Source: Candidatus Altiarchaeota archaeon (lineage in GTDB: Archaea; Altiarchaeota; Altiarchaeia; IMC4; SCGC-AAA252-I15). Taken from it: a DNA stretch of 64,000 bases. Of this stretch, positions 43,826-52,822 are shown in pieces. Made by a program: the position numbers and the translations under genes. The notes below the pieces were generated by a model that saw only the letters and a list, made by a program, of their open reading frames with translations, did no database searches and was not told the DNA's origin. The first letter of the stretch is position 1, and every line of letters begins with the position of its first letter. The stretch spans positions 2,579-66,578 of the forward strand of contig JAZDMS010000035.1 of NCBI GenBank assembly GCA_043800705.1. The letters run 5' to 3'.

Positions 43826-45118
43826 GTGATTGAGCCTAAAAATTTCCTCTTCGTCTCGCTGGATGCGCTGATCGGCGACACCGCATGGCAGGTCGTCAAG
43901 GAAGGGCACAACGTAAAGTACTACATCGACGACAAGGAGGAGAAGGACGTGGCCGACGGCTTCGTCCCCAAGGTCGACGACTGGCAGAAGGAGGTCGCCT
44001 GGGCGGACGTCGTCGTATTCGATGACGTCCTCGGCCACGGCACCTTCGCTAAGAAACTGAGGGACGAGGGCAAGCTCGTCGTCGGAGGGACCCCGTACAC
44101 CGACATGCTCGAAGACGACAGGCAGTTCGGCCAGGAGGAGCTGAAAAAGGCGGGAGTCAACATCATCCAGCAGCAGATGTTCACGTCGTTCGAGGATGCG
44201 CAGGAATACGTCCGCTCGAACCCCGGAAAATACGTGATAAAGCCGAGCGGCGAGGCGCAGAACATGAAACAGCTCCTGTTCGTCGGCGAGGAAGACACCG
44301 GCAGGGACGTCATCCAGGTCCTCGATCACTACAAGATGGTGTGGTCGAAGAAGATCAAGGAGTTCCAGCTTCAGAAGAAGATCGGCGGCGTCGAGGTCGC
44401 GGTCGGGGCGTTCTTCAACGGCAACGAGTTCATATACCCCATAAACGTCAACTTCGAGCACAAGAAGCTGTTCCCGGGGAACATCGGCCCCTCCACGGGG
44501 GAAATGGGAACGAGCATGTTCTGGAGTCCCCCGAACAACCTGTTCAAGGAGACGCTCGCGAGGATGGAGACTAAACTGAAGGAGGAACACTACGTCGGAT
44601 ACATGGACATTAACTGCATAGTCAACGCCAACGGCGTCTACCCCCTTGAGTTCACGGCGAGGTTCGGCTACCCGTGCCTGTTCATACAGCAGGAGGGGAT
44701 GCTGATGCCGATGGGGGACTTCTTCCTCCAGCTGGCGAGGGGGGAGAAGTTTCAGCTGAAGACCAGAAGCGGGTTCCAGATAGGAGTGAGGATAATCGTC
44801 CCGCCGTACCCGTTCACCGACAACGAGGCCTTTGAGACGCACAGCAAGGAGGCGGTCATAATCTTCAAGAAACCGGAGGACAGGGAGGGATACCACATAG
44901 AGGACGTGAAGCTCGTCGACGGAGAATGGGTCGTCGCGGGAACCACCGGCGTCGTCCTCACCGTCTGCGGCTGCGGGCAGACGATGCAGCAGGCCAGGCA
45001 GAGGGCATACTACAAAGTCAACAACGTCATACTACCCAACAGGTACTACAGGCTTGACATAGGGGAAAGGTGGGCCGAAGACTCCGACAGGCTGCACAAC
45101 TGGGGATACCTGAGATAG
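43826..45118 (+). CDS. PurD-family ATP-grasp protein (divergent phosphoribosylamine--glycine ligase-like)
   Basis: YVIKPSGEAQ, GPSTGEMGT (compare PurD GPNTGGMG) and EFTARFGYP (compare EFNxRFGDPE). The canonical N-terminal GGGGREHA is absent. Confidence 0.55.
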   Translation: MIEPKNFLFVSLDALIGDTAWQVVKEGHNVKYYIDDKEEKDVADGFVPKVDDWQKEVAWADVVVFDDVLGHGTFAKKLRDEGKLVVGGTPYTDMLEDDRQFGQEELKKAGVNIIQQQMFTSFEDAQEYVRSNPGKYVIKPSGEAQNMKQLLFVGEEDTGRDVIQVLDHYKMVWSKKIKEFQLQKKIGGVEVAVGAFFNGNEFIYPINVNFEHKKLFPGNIGPSTGEMGTSMFWSPPNNLFKETLARMETKLKEEHYVGYMDINCIVNANGVYPLEFTARFGYPCLFIQQEGMLMPMGDFFLQLARGEKFQLKTRSGFQIGVRIIVPPYPFTDNEAFETHSKEAVIIFKKPEDREGYHIEDVKLVDGEWVVAGTTGVVLTVCGCGQTMQQARQRAYYKVNNVILPNRYYRLDIGERWAEDSDRLHNWGYLR

Positions 45119-45120
45119 AA

Positions 45121-45726
45121 TCAGTCCTTTTCTTCAGTGGGCACCGACTGCTTCGGCTGCGGACCCGTTGTCTCTGCTTGAGGCTGCTCATCCATCAGGA
45201 ATACCGCCGCAGCGAGGGTCGTCGTCCATTTGCCGTCCTTGTCGCCTTCCGCGGATTGAACGATGTTAGAAGTCCGGTATATGTTTCCGCTCGTCTTATA
45301 GACCTGCTCCCGCTCCTCCCACGCAGTGGTGGGGTCGAAGTCGATGCCTAAAGTGGTCGCAAGCATCGTCGCTGCCATGTCCTCCGCGTATTCGCCGGCC
45401 TTCTTCGCGGTCTCGCCGTATGAGTGATGCTCTGACAGATAACCGTAGCCCTTGTCTGGGGCCGCGAGGCCGATAGCCGAGGAAATGAGCCTGTTGGGCT
45501 CGCTGGTCTCGTTCCTGGCCAATACGACGAAGGTGATCGACCCGGGCCTGAGGTTCTTAAGGCCTTCGTTTGCGGAGATGATCTTGCAGTGCGGCGGAAG
45601 GATGCTTGAGACGGTGACGAGGTTGCATTTTTCGATGCCCGCCTTTCTGAGGGCGAGTTCGAACGACGCCAGCTTGTCCTTGTGGACCCCGACACCCTTC
45701 GTGAAAAAGCACTTCTTTGGTATCAT
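45121..45726 (-). CDS. pdaD: pyruvoyl-dependent arginine decarboxylase
   Basis: [39 protein letters not shown] (self-cleavage Ser-Ser). An acidic or Pro-rich C-terminal extension follows. Confidence 0.88.
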   Translation of the reverse strand: MIPKKCFFTKGVGVHKDKLASFELALRKAGIEKCNLVTVSSILPPHCKIISANEGLKNLRPGSITFVVLARNETSEPNRLISSAIGLAAPDKGYGYLSEHHSYGETAKKAGEYAEDMAATMLATTLGIDFDPTTAWEEREQVYKTSGNIYRTSNIVQSAEGDKDGKWTTTLAAAVFLMDEQPQAETTGPQPKQSVPTEEKD

Positions 45727-45838
45727 TATCCAGAGGACCTCTTATGGCTCCATCCCGGAGAAAACGCATTTATCCATGTGTTTACTGGCCATATATTCGT
45801 TATATTGAAATATAAACGCCCACTTTTCAGCCGGGAAA

Positions 45839-46711
45839 TCAGCCGGATTTTCGACATGAGACGTACCCCATCACCTTGTAGGCGAGTTTTGCGGCCAGGA
45901 AATCGGGACTCTTGTTCTTTTCAGGACTCAGTTCCATCAGGTCGAATCCGACGACCTCCCGCTCCCCGATGACCGATTTCAGTATCTTCAAGGAGTCGTA
46001 CCACCCGAGGCCGCCTGGCTCCGGTGTCCCGGTGGACGGCATGATCGACGGGTCGAATCCGTCTACATCGAATGTTATGAAGACCTTCTCTTTAAGGGCG
46101 GATATTATATCCGCGGTCCTGTCCCTTTGCAGGACGTCCGATGCGAAGTATAGCTTGCCTTCAGCCCTTAGCCGCTTCACAAGGTCCGCTTCGTCGTCGC
46201 CTAGGCTGCGTATGCCGACATGGACTGTGTCGGCGAACTCCCTGATCCTCGCCATCGCGCACGCGTGGCTGTATCTTGAACCCCCATAGGATTCGCGCAG
46301 GTCGCTGTGGGCGTCAAACTGGAGGACTGATACCCCGCAGTGCATATCAGCCACCGCCTTAGCTACGCCGACTGACACTGAGTGCTCGCCGCCGAAGACG
46401 ACGGGGAACTTCCCGTCAGCCAGCACCCGGCCGACGGAGGCCTCCACTGTCCGGATCATCACCTCGGGCCCGGCCTTGATAGACAACGGCTGCAGGGTGG
46501 CGATGCCGCACTCGGCAGGAGTGCAGTCCAGTTCCTCGTCGTAGAGCTCCAGGTACCGGGACGCCTCGAGTATGGCGGCAGGCCCCCTTGCGGCCCCCTT
46601 GCCATAGCTTGTGGTTAGCTCATAAGGCACCGGCAGTACGACAAAACGGGCATTAGCGTAGCCGCTGTGGGACGCATCCAAACCGCAGAATACGGGGGAC
46701 TTAGGTGCCAT
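45839..46711 (-). CDS. speB: agmatinase (arginase family)
   Basis: GGEHS, QFDAHSDL, ITFDVDGFDPS and TGTPEPGG motifs. Confidence 0.9.
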   Translation of the reverse strand: MAPKSPVFCGLDASHSGYANARFVVLPVPYELTTSYGKGAARGPAAILEASRYLELYDEELDCTPAECGIATLQPLSIKAGPEVMIRTVEASVGRVLADGKFPVVFGGEHSVSVGVAKAVADMHCGVSVLQFDAHSDLRESYGGSRYSHACAMARIREFADTVHVGIRSLGDDEADLVKRLRAEGKLYFASDVLQRDRTADIISALKEKVFITFDVDGFDPSIMPSTGTPEPGGLGWYDSLKILKSVIGEREVVGFDLMELSPEKNKSPDFLAAKLAYKVMGYVSCRKSG

Positions 46712-46797
46712 CTGATTGAAGTATACGGGAAAAGGATAAATATACTTTACATTTGGTTACGGATAGGTTTTTAACGCGGTAACCGAATAGGATACCT

Positions 46798-46971
46798 GTG
46801 GAAGGGGACGCCAATCCGAGATACAGGTGCAAGCTGTGCGGATACGTATACGACCCTGCAAAGGGCGACCCGGACTCCGGCATCAAGCCTGGAACAAAGT
46901 TCAAGGACATCCCTGAGGCCTGGAGGTGCCCCATATGCGGGGCGACGAAGGCCGACTTCGAGAAGGTCTGA
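46798..46971 (+). CDS. rub: rubredoxin
   Basis: Hand translation (GTG start): (M)[56 protein letters not shown]. It has two CxxCG knuckles. It is below the ORF-track cut-off. Confidence 0.8.
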   Translation: MEGDANPRYRCKLCGYVYDPAKGDPDSGIKPGTKFKDIPEAWRCPICGATKADFEKV

Positions 46972-47028
46972 ACGGCCGCACAGTGCTCGCTGTAGTTTGA
47001 GGATAAATAAAAGAAGGAGGGTGAACAT

Positions 47029-47529
47029 ATGATCGACAAAAAAATCGAGGATGGATTTAACAGCCAGATTAATGCAGAGTTATATTCGGCATACCTGTAC
47101 CTGTCGATGGCGGCATACTTCGAATCTGAAAACTTCAAAGGATTCGGGAAATGGATGAGGGAGCAGTCGCTTGAGGAGTCAAAGCACGCCATGAAGTTCT
47201 ATGACCACATAATGGAAAGGGGCGGAAAGGTGACCCTAAAGCCGATAGAAGGCCCTAAGACCGAGTGGAAGAGCCCGCTGGATGCGTTCGAGGATGCCTA
47301 CAGCCATGAGCAGAAGGTAACGGCCATGATCAACGGCCTAGTCGAATTGACGGCCTCAGAGAAGGACAATCCCGGCAACAGCATGCTGCAATGGTTCGTG
47401 GACGAGCAGGTTGAGGAGGAAAGGAACGCCAGGGAGATAGTCGCCTTCCTGAAGAGGATAAAGGATGCGGGGGGAGCCCTCATGATGATCGACCACAGGC
47501 TCGGAAAGCGGGGACAGAAGAAGGAATGA
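47029..47529 (+). CDS. ftn: ferritin
   Basis: NAELYSAYLYLSMAAYFE...EESKHAMKFYDHI...EQKV diiron ligand pattern. Confidence 0.9.
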   Translation: MIDKKIEDGFNSQINAELYSAYLYLSMAAYFESENFKGFGKWMREQSLEESKHAMKFYDHIMERGGKVTLKPIEGPKTEWKSPLDAFEDAYSHEQKVTAMINGLVELTASEKDNPGNSMLQWFVDEQVEEERNAREIVAFLKRIKDAGGALMMIDHRLGKRGQKKE

Positions 47530-47538
47530 GGTAGGGGG

Positions 47539-47796
47539 ATGGCCGACAGGAAGGTATTGGTGTACAGCACGCCTGCGTGCCCGTATTGCAGGATGGCGAA
47601 GGACTACCTGAGCAGGAAAAGCATCGCGTTCAAGGATATCGACATCGCAGCCGACAGGGAAAAAGCCAAGGAGATGATAGAACTGAGCGGACAGATGGGA
47701 GTCCCGCAGATAGTGATCGGCAAAAACGTCATCGTCGGCTACGACCCCGACGAGATAGAGAATGCGCTTAAGCATGGTGATTCCGATGAACGCTGA
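47539..47796 (+). CDS. glutaredoxin-like protein
   Basis: VYSTPACPYCRMAKDYL, GVPQIVIG. Confidence 0.8.
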   Translation: MADRKVLVYSTPACPYCRMAKDYLSRKSIAFKDIDIAADREKAKEMIELSGQMGVPQIVIGKNVIVGYDPDEIENALKHGDSDER

Positions 47797-48958
47797 AATA
47801 AGGAAGGGCATACATTCGATAGGGTCTTTGGACTGGGACAGGAGGCTCTTCGATGAGCTGATACCGCTTCCTGACGGCACATCATACAACTGTTATCTGG
47901 TGAGGGGAAGCCAGAAGACGGTACTGATAGACACAGTCGACCCTGCGAAGGAGGGGGAACTGGTCGCGAATCTCGAAATACACGGGCTGAGGGCGATCGA
48001 CTACGTCGTCGCCCACCACGCAGAACAGGACCACTCTGGCTCGATCCCGAAGGTCCTGGAGATGTATCCGGGGGCGAAGGTCCTATGCACAGAAAAATGC
48101 AAGGAGCTTCTGAAAGACCATCTCAAGGTCGCTGAAGACAGGTTCATGACCGTCAAGGACGGCCAGGAAGTCCCGCTCGGAGGCAGGACCCTGACATTTA
48201 TCCATACACCCTGGGTCCACTGGCCCGAAACCATGGTGACATACCTCAAAGAGGACGAGATCCTATTCAGCTGCGACTTCTTCGGCAGCCACCTTGCGAC
48301 AAGCAGCTTATATGCCGCAGACAATCCGAAGGTCCTTCAGAGCGCGAAGAGGTACTACGCAGAGATAATGATGCCGTTCCGGGGGATCATAAGGAGCAAC
48401 CTCGAAAAGCTGAGACCCCACAAGATCGGGCTCATAGCCCCAAGCCACGGACCAATCCACGAAAAGCCGCAGGTGATAATCGACTCATACAGGGAATGGA
48501 CGTCGGACGCCGTCAAGAACGAGGCCGTCATAGCATACGTCTCGATGCACGGCTCGACGAGGCAGATGGTGGACCACCTGGTCGAAGCCCTCATGGAAAG
48601 GGGCGTAACTGTCAAGCCGTACAATCTCCCTAAGACCGACATCGGCGAACTGGCCATGGACCTCGTCGACGCAGCCACCCTTGTGGTCGCGACGCCGACA
48701 GTCCTCGTCGGACCACACCCCGCAGCAGTCTACGCCGCATTCCTGACAAACGCGCTTCGGCCCAAGCTCAGGCACGTGGCGGTGATCGGCTCATACGGTT
48801 GGGGCGGCAAGGCGGTGGAGACCCTAGCATCGATGATAGGCAACCTCAAGGCCGAAGTCCTCGAGCCGGTACTGGCCAAAGGCCAGCCGAAGGAGAAGGA
48901 TTTCAAGGCATTGGATAGGCTTGCGGACTCTATAGCCGAAAGGCATAAGAAGCTGTAA
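47786..48958 (+). CDS. fprA: flavodiiron protein (FprA-type O2/NO reductase)
   Basis: Metallo-beta-lactamase-like HHAEQDHSG and a C-terminal flavodoxin domain (AYVSMHGSTRQM). The start is placed at ATG 47786. Confidence 0.88.
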   Translation: MNAEIRKGIHSIGSLDWDRRLFDELIPLPDGTSYNCYLVRGSQKTVLIDTVDPAKEGELVANLEIHGLRAIDYVVAHHAEQDHSGSIPKVLEMYPGAKVLCTEKCKELLKDHLKVAEDRFMTVKDGQEVPLGGRTLTFIHTPWVHWPETMVTYLKEDEILFSCDFFGSHLATSSLYAADNPKVLQSAKRYYAEIMMPFRGIIRSNLEKLRPHKIGLIAPSHGPIHEKPQVIIDSYREWTSDAVKNEAVIAYVSMHGSTRQMVDHLVEALMERGVTVKPYNLPKTDIGELAMDLVDAATLVVATPTVLVGPHPAAVYAAFLTNALRPKLRHVAVIGSYGWGGKAVETLASMIGNLKAEVLEPVLAKGQPKEKDFKALDRLADSIAERHKKL

Positions 48959-48959
48959 A

Positions 48960-49898
48960 ATGCACGACCTGATAATCGTCGGGGCCGGACCAGCAGGCAT
49001 AACGGCCGCGGTATATGCGGCGAGAAAGACGACGAAGACGCTAGTCCTGTCCAAGGACGTCGGCGGGCAGGCGGCGCAATCCTGGGATATAGAGAATTAC
49101 ACGGGATACCAGTTCATAACCGGGCCCGAGCTTGCCAAAAAGTTAGAGGAACACCTGAAGAACCCTAACATCGAGTCGAAGATCGGAAAAGCCCATGAGG
49201 TGGTCTCCATCGTAAAAGCCGGGGATGGATTCAAGGTCAAGACGACGGAGGCAGAACATGATGGCAGGACAGTCATCGTGGCCTCCGGGCGTAAGCCAAG
49301 GCGCCTGAACGCCCCAGGGGAGAGCGAGTTCAAGAACCGGGGTGTCACCTACTGTGCCACATGCGACGGACCCCTCTTCGCAGGCAAGGACGTGGCGATA
49401 ATCGGGGGGGGTAATTCGGCATTGGATGCCGCCATGCAGATGATCCCCCTGGCAAGGAGGATATACATGATAGACATGGCAGACCACATAATAGGCGATA
49501 CCGTGATACTCGAAAAGGTAAGGGCAGCACCAAATGTCCAGATAATGAGCAGGACGAAGGTGAGGGAGATCGTCGGCAGCAGGTTCGTGCAGGGGATAAA
49601 GGTCAGCGAAGTGGGCGGGGATGCCAGAACCATCCCCGTAGAGGGCGTCTTCATAGAGATAGGCTCGATGCCTGCGAACGAACCCGGATGCGATGTGAGC
49701 TTCAACGAGAGGGGGGAGATAAAGGTCAACGAAAGGTGCGAGACGAACGTCCCCGGCCTGTTCGCCGCAGGCGACGTGACCAACGTCCCTGAGAAGCAGA
49801 TAATAGTCGCAGCTGGGCAGGGCTGCATAGCCAGCCTGAGCGCATTCAGATACATATCGAGGCAGAATAACAAAGAGGTGGGACACAATGACGAATGA
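48960..49898 (+). CDS. thioredoxin-reductase-like FAD/NAD(P)H oxidoreductase
   Basis: [26 protein letters not shown] redox motif, [12 protein letters not shown]. Confidence 0.85.
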   Translation: MHDLIIVGAGPAGITAAVYAARKTTKTLVLSKDVGGQAAQSWDIENYTGYQFITGPELAKKLEEHLKNPNIESKIGKAHEVVSIVKAGDGFKVKTTEAEHDGRTVIVASGRKPRRLNAPGESEFKNRGVTYCATCDGPLFAGKDVAIIGGGNSALDAAMQMIPLARRIYMIDMADHIIGDTVILEKVRAAPNVQIMSRTKVREIVGSRFVQGIKVSEVGGDARTIPVEGVFIEIGSMPANEPGCDVSFNERGEIKVNERCETNVPGLFAAGDVTNVPEKQIIVAAGQGCIASLSAFRYISRQNNKEVGHNDE

Positions 49899-50268
49899 AA
49901 GGGGAGACATATACAGGTGCGGGACATGCGGGAACATAGCCGTTACATTGCACGCAGGCGGGGGGACATTGGTATGCTGCGGAAACGACATGGAACTGAT
50001 GAAGGAGAAGACGGAAGACCAGGGCAACGAGAAACACGTCCCCGTCATAGAAAAGACACCGAATGGCTACAAGGTCAGGGTAGGCTCGGTCCAGCACCCG
50101 ATGGAGGAAAAACACCACATAATGTGGATTGAACTCATCGCAGACGGCAAAAGCTACAGGGAATTCCTGAAGCCCGGAATGAAGCCGGAGGCCGAATTCT
50201 GCCTGAGCGCGGCGACTGTAGCCGCGAGGGAATACTGCAACATCCACGGACTGTGGAAGTCGAAATGA
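49888..50268 (+). CDS. dfx: desulfoferrodoxin (2Fe superoxide reductase)
   Basis: N-terminal CGTCGN...VCCG desulforedoxin site. [20 protein letters not shown] and YCNIHGLW centre II ligands. Confidence 0.9.
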   Translation: MTNERGDIYRCGTCGNIAVTLHAGGGTLVCCGNDMELMKEKTEDQGNEKHVPVIEKTPNGYKVRVGSVQHPMEEKHHIMWIELIADGKSYREFLKPGMKPEAEFCLSAATVAAREYCNIHGLWKSK

Positions 50269-50277
50269 GGATTTGAG

Positions 50278-51102
50278 ATGAAAGAAAGAACTGCGATGCT
50301 GGTTGCGACATTTGTAGCCTTTGTCCTGATATCCGGATGCATGGAAAGCCAGACCCAGGCCACTACGACAACAGGCGGCGGCGACCGGCAGTCGGTTGTG
50401 AAGGTGTCATCCGGCTCGCTTGGCAGGATACTGACAGACGCCTCAGGCAGGACGCTGTATGTGTTCACAAAGGACGAAAGCGGAAAAAGCAACTGCGCAG
50501 GCCAATGCGCCCAGAACTGGCCGCCTCTTCTAGTCGAAGGACAGCTTCTGAGTGGAGAGGGGGTGACAGGCGACCTTGCCACGATACCCAGATCCGACGG
50601 CGCGATGCAGGCGGCCTACGTGGACATGCCGCTATACTACTTCGCGCAGGACGCGAACCCCGGAGACGTCAAAGGCCAGGCAGTCAACGGCGTATGGTAC
50701 GTCGTCAACCCCGACACCGGCCCGGTGATTCCATCGCCGCAGGCGACAGATGCCCAGGTGACGACGACACAACCACAGGTCACGACTACCGCAGGCGATC
50801 CATCGGAGCCCAATGGGCTTCTGATAGCGAAGACCGCGGACGTCGCCCCCGGCGCAAGCGTCGACTTCATTTACGATGGAGGGAAGGCGATACTCGTAAA
50901 CGTCGGCGGGACATATGTTGCCTACGTGAACTCATGCCCACACAAGGGATGTGCGACCGTATATGAGGGTTCTAAGCTTACATGCCCCTGCCACAACTCC
51001 CAATTCGACGCCAAGAGCGGGGGTGTGTTAAAGGGACCGGCGACCACTCCATTGACCACCATCAGCGTCAAAGTCGTCGGAGACGGGATATACGCCCCAT
51101 AG
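50278..51102 (+). CDS. lipoprotein: COG4315-like (Yx[FWY]xxD) repeats fused to a Rieske [2Fe-2S] domain
   Basis: Lipobox LISGC. GRILTDASGRTLYVFTKDESGKSNCAGQCAQNWPPLL and MPLYYFAQDANPGDVKGQAVNGVWYVV. Thr-rich linker. CPHKGC...CPCHNSQF. Confidence 0.75.
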   Translation: MKERTAMLVATFVAFVLISGCMESQTQATTTTGGGDRQSVVKVSSGSLGRILTDASGRTLYVFTKDESGKSNCAGQCAQNWPPLLVEGQLLSGEGVTGDLATIPRSDGAMQAAYVDMPLYYFAQDANPGDVKGQAVNGVWYVVNPDTGPVIPSPQATDAQVTTTQPQVTTTAGDPSEPNGLLIAKTADVAPGASVDFIYDGGKAILVNVGGTYVAYVNSCPHKGCATVYEGSKLTCPCHNSQFDAKSGGVLKGPATTPLTTISVKVVGDGIYAP

Positions 51103-51144
51103 GCCGAAAAACGGCCAGGCCATGCGCCTGGCCGGATTGTTCGT

Positions 51145-51912
51145 ATGGACCTGTTAACGCTATTTTCCGCATTCGCCTACGGACTGTCCAGCAGCCTGAG
51201 CCTCTGCCTCGCATCATGTCTGCCGTTCTATATGCCGATACTGTTCGGCTATGGCCAGGACAGGAGGGGGGGAATCGTCCTCTCGCTCGGGTTCGCGGCC
51301 GGCAGGTTCGCGGGATACCTGTCCCTCGGCGCGGTCGCGGCGTGGATGGGGGCGGAGTTCATCGGATTCTTCAGCGGGACGTTCCCCGCCGTCTCGAGCT
51401 GGATAGTCTTCGTGTTCGGGATATTGACGGTTTTCTACGGCATACTGATTCTTGCGAAGGCAAAAGTCGGGTTCCTTTCGGAGGGGCGATGCAGGACATA
51501 CATCGACAAGGCAGGCGGCGCGGGGAATCCTATCCTCGGCACCCTAGCCCTCGGATTCGTCTCGACCATCACCCCCTGCGTCCCGGTATTCACATTCCTG
51601 CTGCTGCCTTTCGCGCTCGGAAAGATCTGGGAGACCGCGATGGTCACGGTGGCGTTCGGCCTCGGGGCGAACATGGCATTCGTCGCCATAGGCTTCGCCA
51701 TAGGATTGGGGATGGAGAACGTCAAGGAAAGGTTCAACAGTGCGAAGAGGCCGCTCGAGGTCTTCAGCGCCGCGGCGCTCATGGTTTTCGGGACGTTCTA
51801 TGCGCTTTGGGCTTCGGGGCCGCTGCTATTCGGCTGGAGCAACGCCAGTTACACGCTGCCTTCAGTCTACGATTTCACGGATTTCCTGGGATATCTTCTG
51901 AGAATTCCCTGA
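51145..51912 (+). CDS. DsbD_2/CcdA-like polytopic membrane protein
   Basis: Six or more TM segments. Membrane-embedded Cys pair LSLCLASCLPF and TITPCVPVF. Confidence 0.5.
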   Translation: MDLLTLFSAFAYGLSSSLSLCLASCLPFYMPILFGYGQDRRGGIVLSLGFAAGRFAGYLSLGAVAAWMGAEFIGFFSGTFPAVSSWIVFVFGILTVFYGILILAKAKVGFLSEGRCRTYIDKAGGAGNPILGTLALGFVSTITPCVPVFTFLLLPFALGKIWETAMVTVAFGLGANMAFVAIGFAIGLGMENVKERFNSAKRPLEVFSAAALMVFGTFYALWASGPLLFGWSNASYTLPSVYDFTDFLGYLLRIP

Positions 51913-52351
51913 GCTTCTGCGTATAGGACCCGGATTTCACCTCGGACTCGGTCAGCCCTAATGTCGCCGTCGGCTTAAGGCCCGACAGTTCCCCCATGTG
52001 TTTCACTGCCCTGTCTCCGCCGGAGCCGCCGTATGTGGCGAAGAACGCCGCCTTCCGCATCTTCCCCTTCATCCGAGTCAGATATGTCCTCACCGCAGGG
52101 GACATCGTCATCGCCCAGACCGGCGTGCCTACCACGACGATATCGTACTGGGACGGATCGTATTTTACGGATCCCAAATCCGTGAGCTTCTTCATAGCCG
52201 CATCCTTTCCACCCATCATATAGCCGATCGGGCCTTTGCGGCCCTTTTTGTCTGTCAGCTCCTCGACGTCGGAACCGAGGATTTTAGCCAATTCCTCCGA
52301 AACCTTCCTCGTCGAACCGTCCCTGGAGTAGTAGACGACTAAGCTTTTCAT
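51875..52351 (-). CDS. flavodoxin-like protein
   Basis: MKSLVVYYSRDGSTRKVSEELAKIL...IVVVGTPVWAMTMSP. The 288-aa track ORF has an Arg-rich artefactual N-terminal extension. Confidence 0.8.
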   Translation of the reverse strand: MKSLVVYYSRDGSTRKVSEELAKILGSDVEELTDKKGRKGPIGYMMGGKDAAMKKLTDLGSVKYDPSQYDIVVVGTPVWAMTMSPAVRTYLTRMKGKMRKAAFFATYGGSGGDRAVKHMGELSGLKPTATLGLTESEVKSGSYTQKLREFSEDIPGNP

Positions 52352-52403
52352 GTCAGAGGATATGCTCAAGGAGATAAATACTCGAGCCAAAGACGAGGAA
52401 GGA

Positions 52404-52781
52404 CTAAGACATCTGCTCGAGCGCCAGGTGGCATTGACCCCTGACCGAAGGATCCGTAATCCTGTCGCAGAGGCGCGGGTCCTTTGTTGCGACTCCGACG
52501 CGCCCGTAACAAAGCTCCCTCGTCTGGGCCTTCTTGACCTTGTCGCAGATGGACTCGTCCTTGAGGGTCGACGCCGTGTTGATGTAGCATAGGTCCTTAA
52601 GCTTGTCGTCCGTCTTCGAGTCGCACGCATCCTCGCTCGCATACACCGGCGTGTCGTTGCCCGCCCGCTCGTCCCTCGGAAGGACCGTCGAGCTCGTCGA
52701 CCCAGACTGGACAGCCGACGAATCCTCCAAACAACCCGCACAAAGGACCGACAAGGCCAATAAGGCCATAGGGTAATGCAT
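52404..52781 (-). CDS. lipoprotein with three Cys-pair repeats
   Basis: Lipobox LCAGC. Repeats CDSKTDDKLKDLCY / CDKVKKAQTRELCY / CDRITDPSVRGQCH. Confidence 0.55.
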   Translation of the reverse strand: MHYPMALLALSVLCAGCLEDSSAVQSGSTSSTVLPRDERAGNDTPVYASEDACDSKTDDKLKDLCYINTASTLKDESICDKVKKAQTRELCYGRVGVATKDPRLCDRITDPSVRGQCHLALEQMS

Positions 52782-52822
52782 AGATTTTATTAGCAGACAA
52801 ACCTTATATTTGCAGGTTAACT

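Noticed and set aside
41959-44896. 602-aa and 432-aa minus-strand ORFs (41959..43767, 43598..44896)
   Set aside because: They are antisense to the 618-aa helical-repeat protein gene and the PurD-like gene. Their composition (Arg/Leu/Pro/Val-rich, no motifs) indicates shadow frames.
52352-52741. Arg-rich N-terminal 130 aa of ORF 51875..52741
   Set aside because: The flavodoxin clearly starts at MKSLVVYYS (52351). The extension overlaps the better lipoprotein gene 52404..52781 in another frame.
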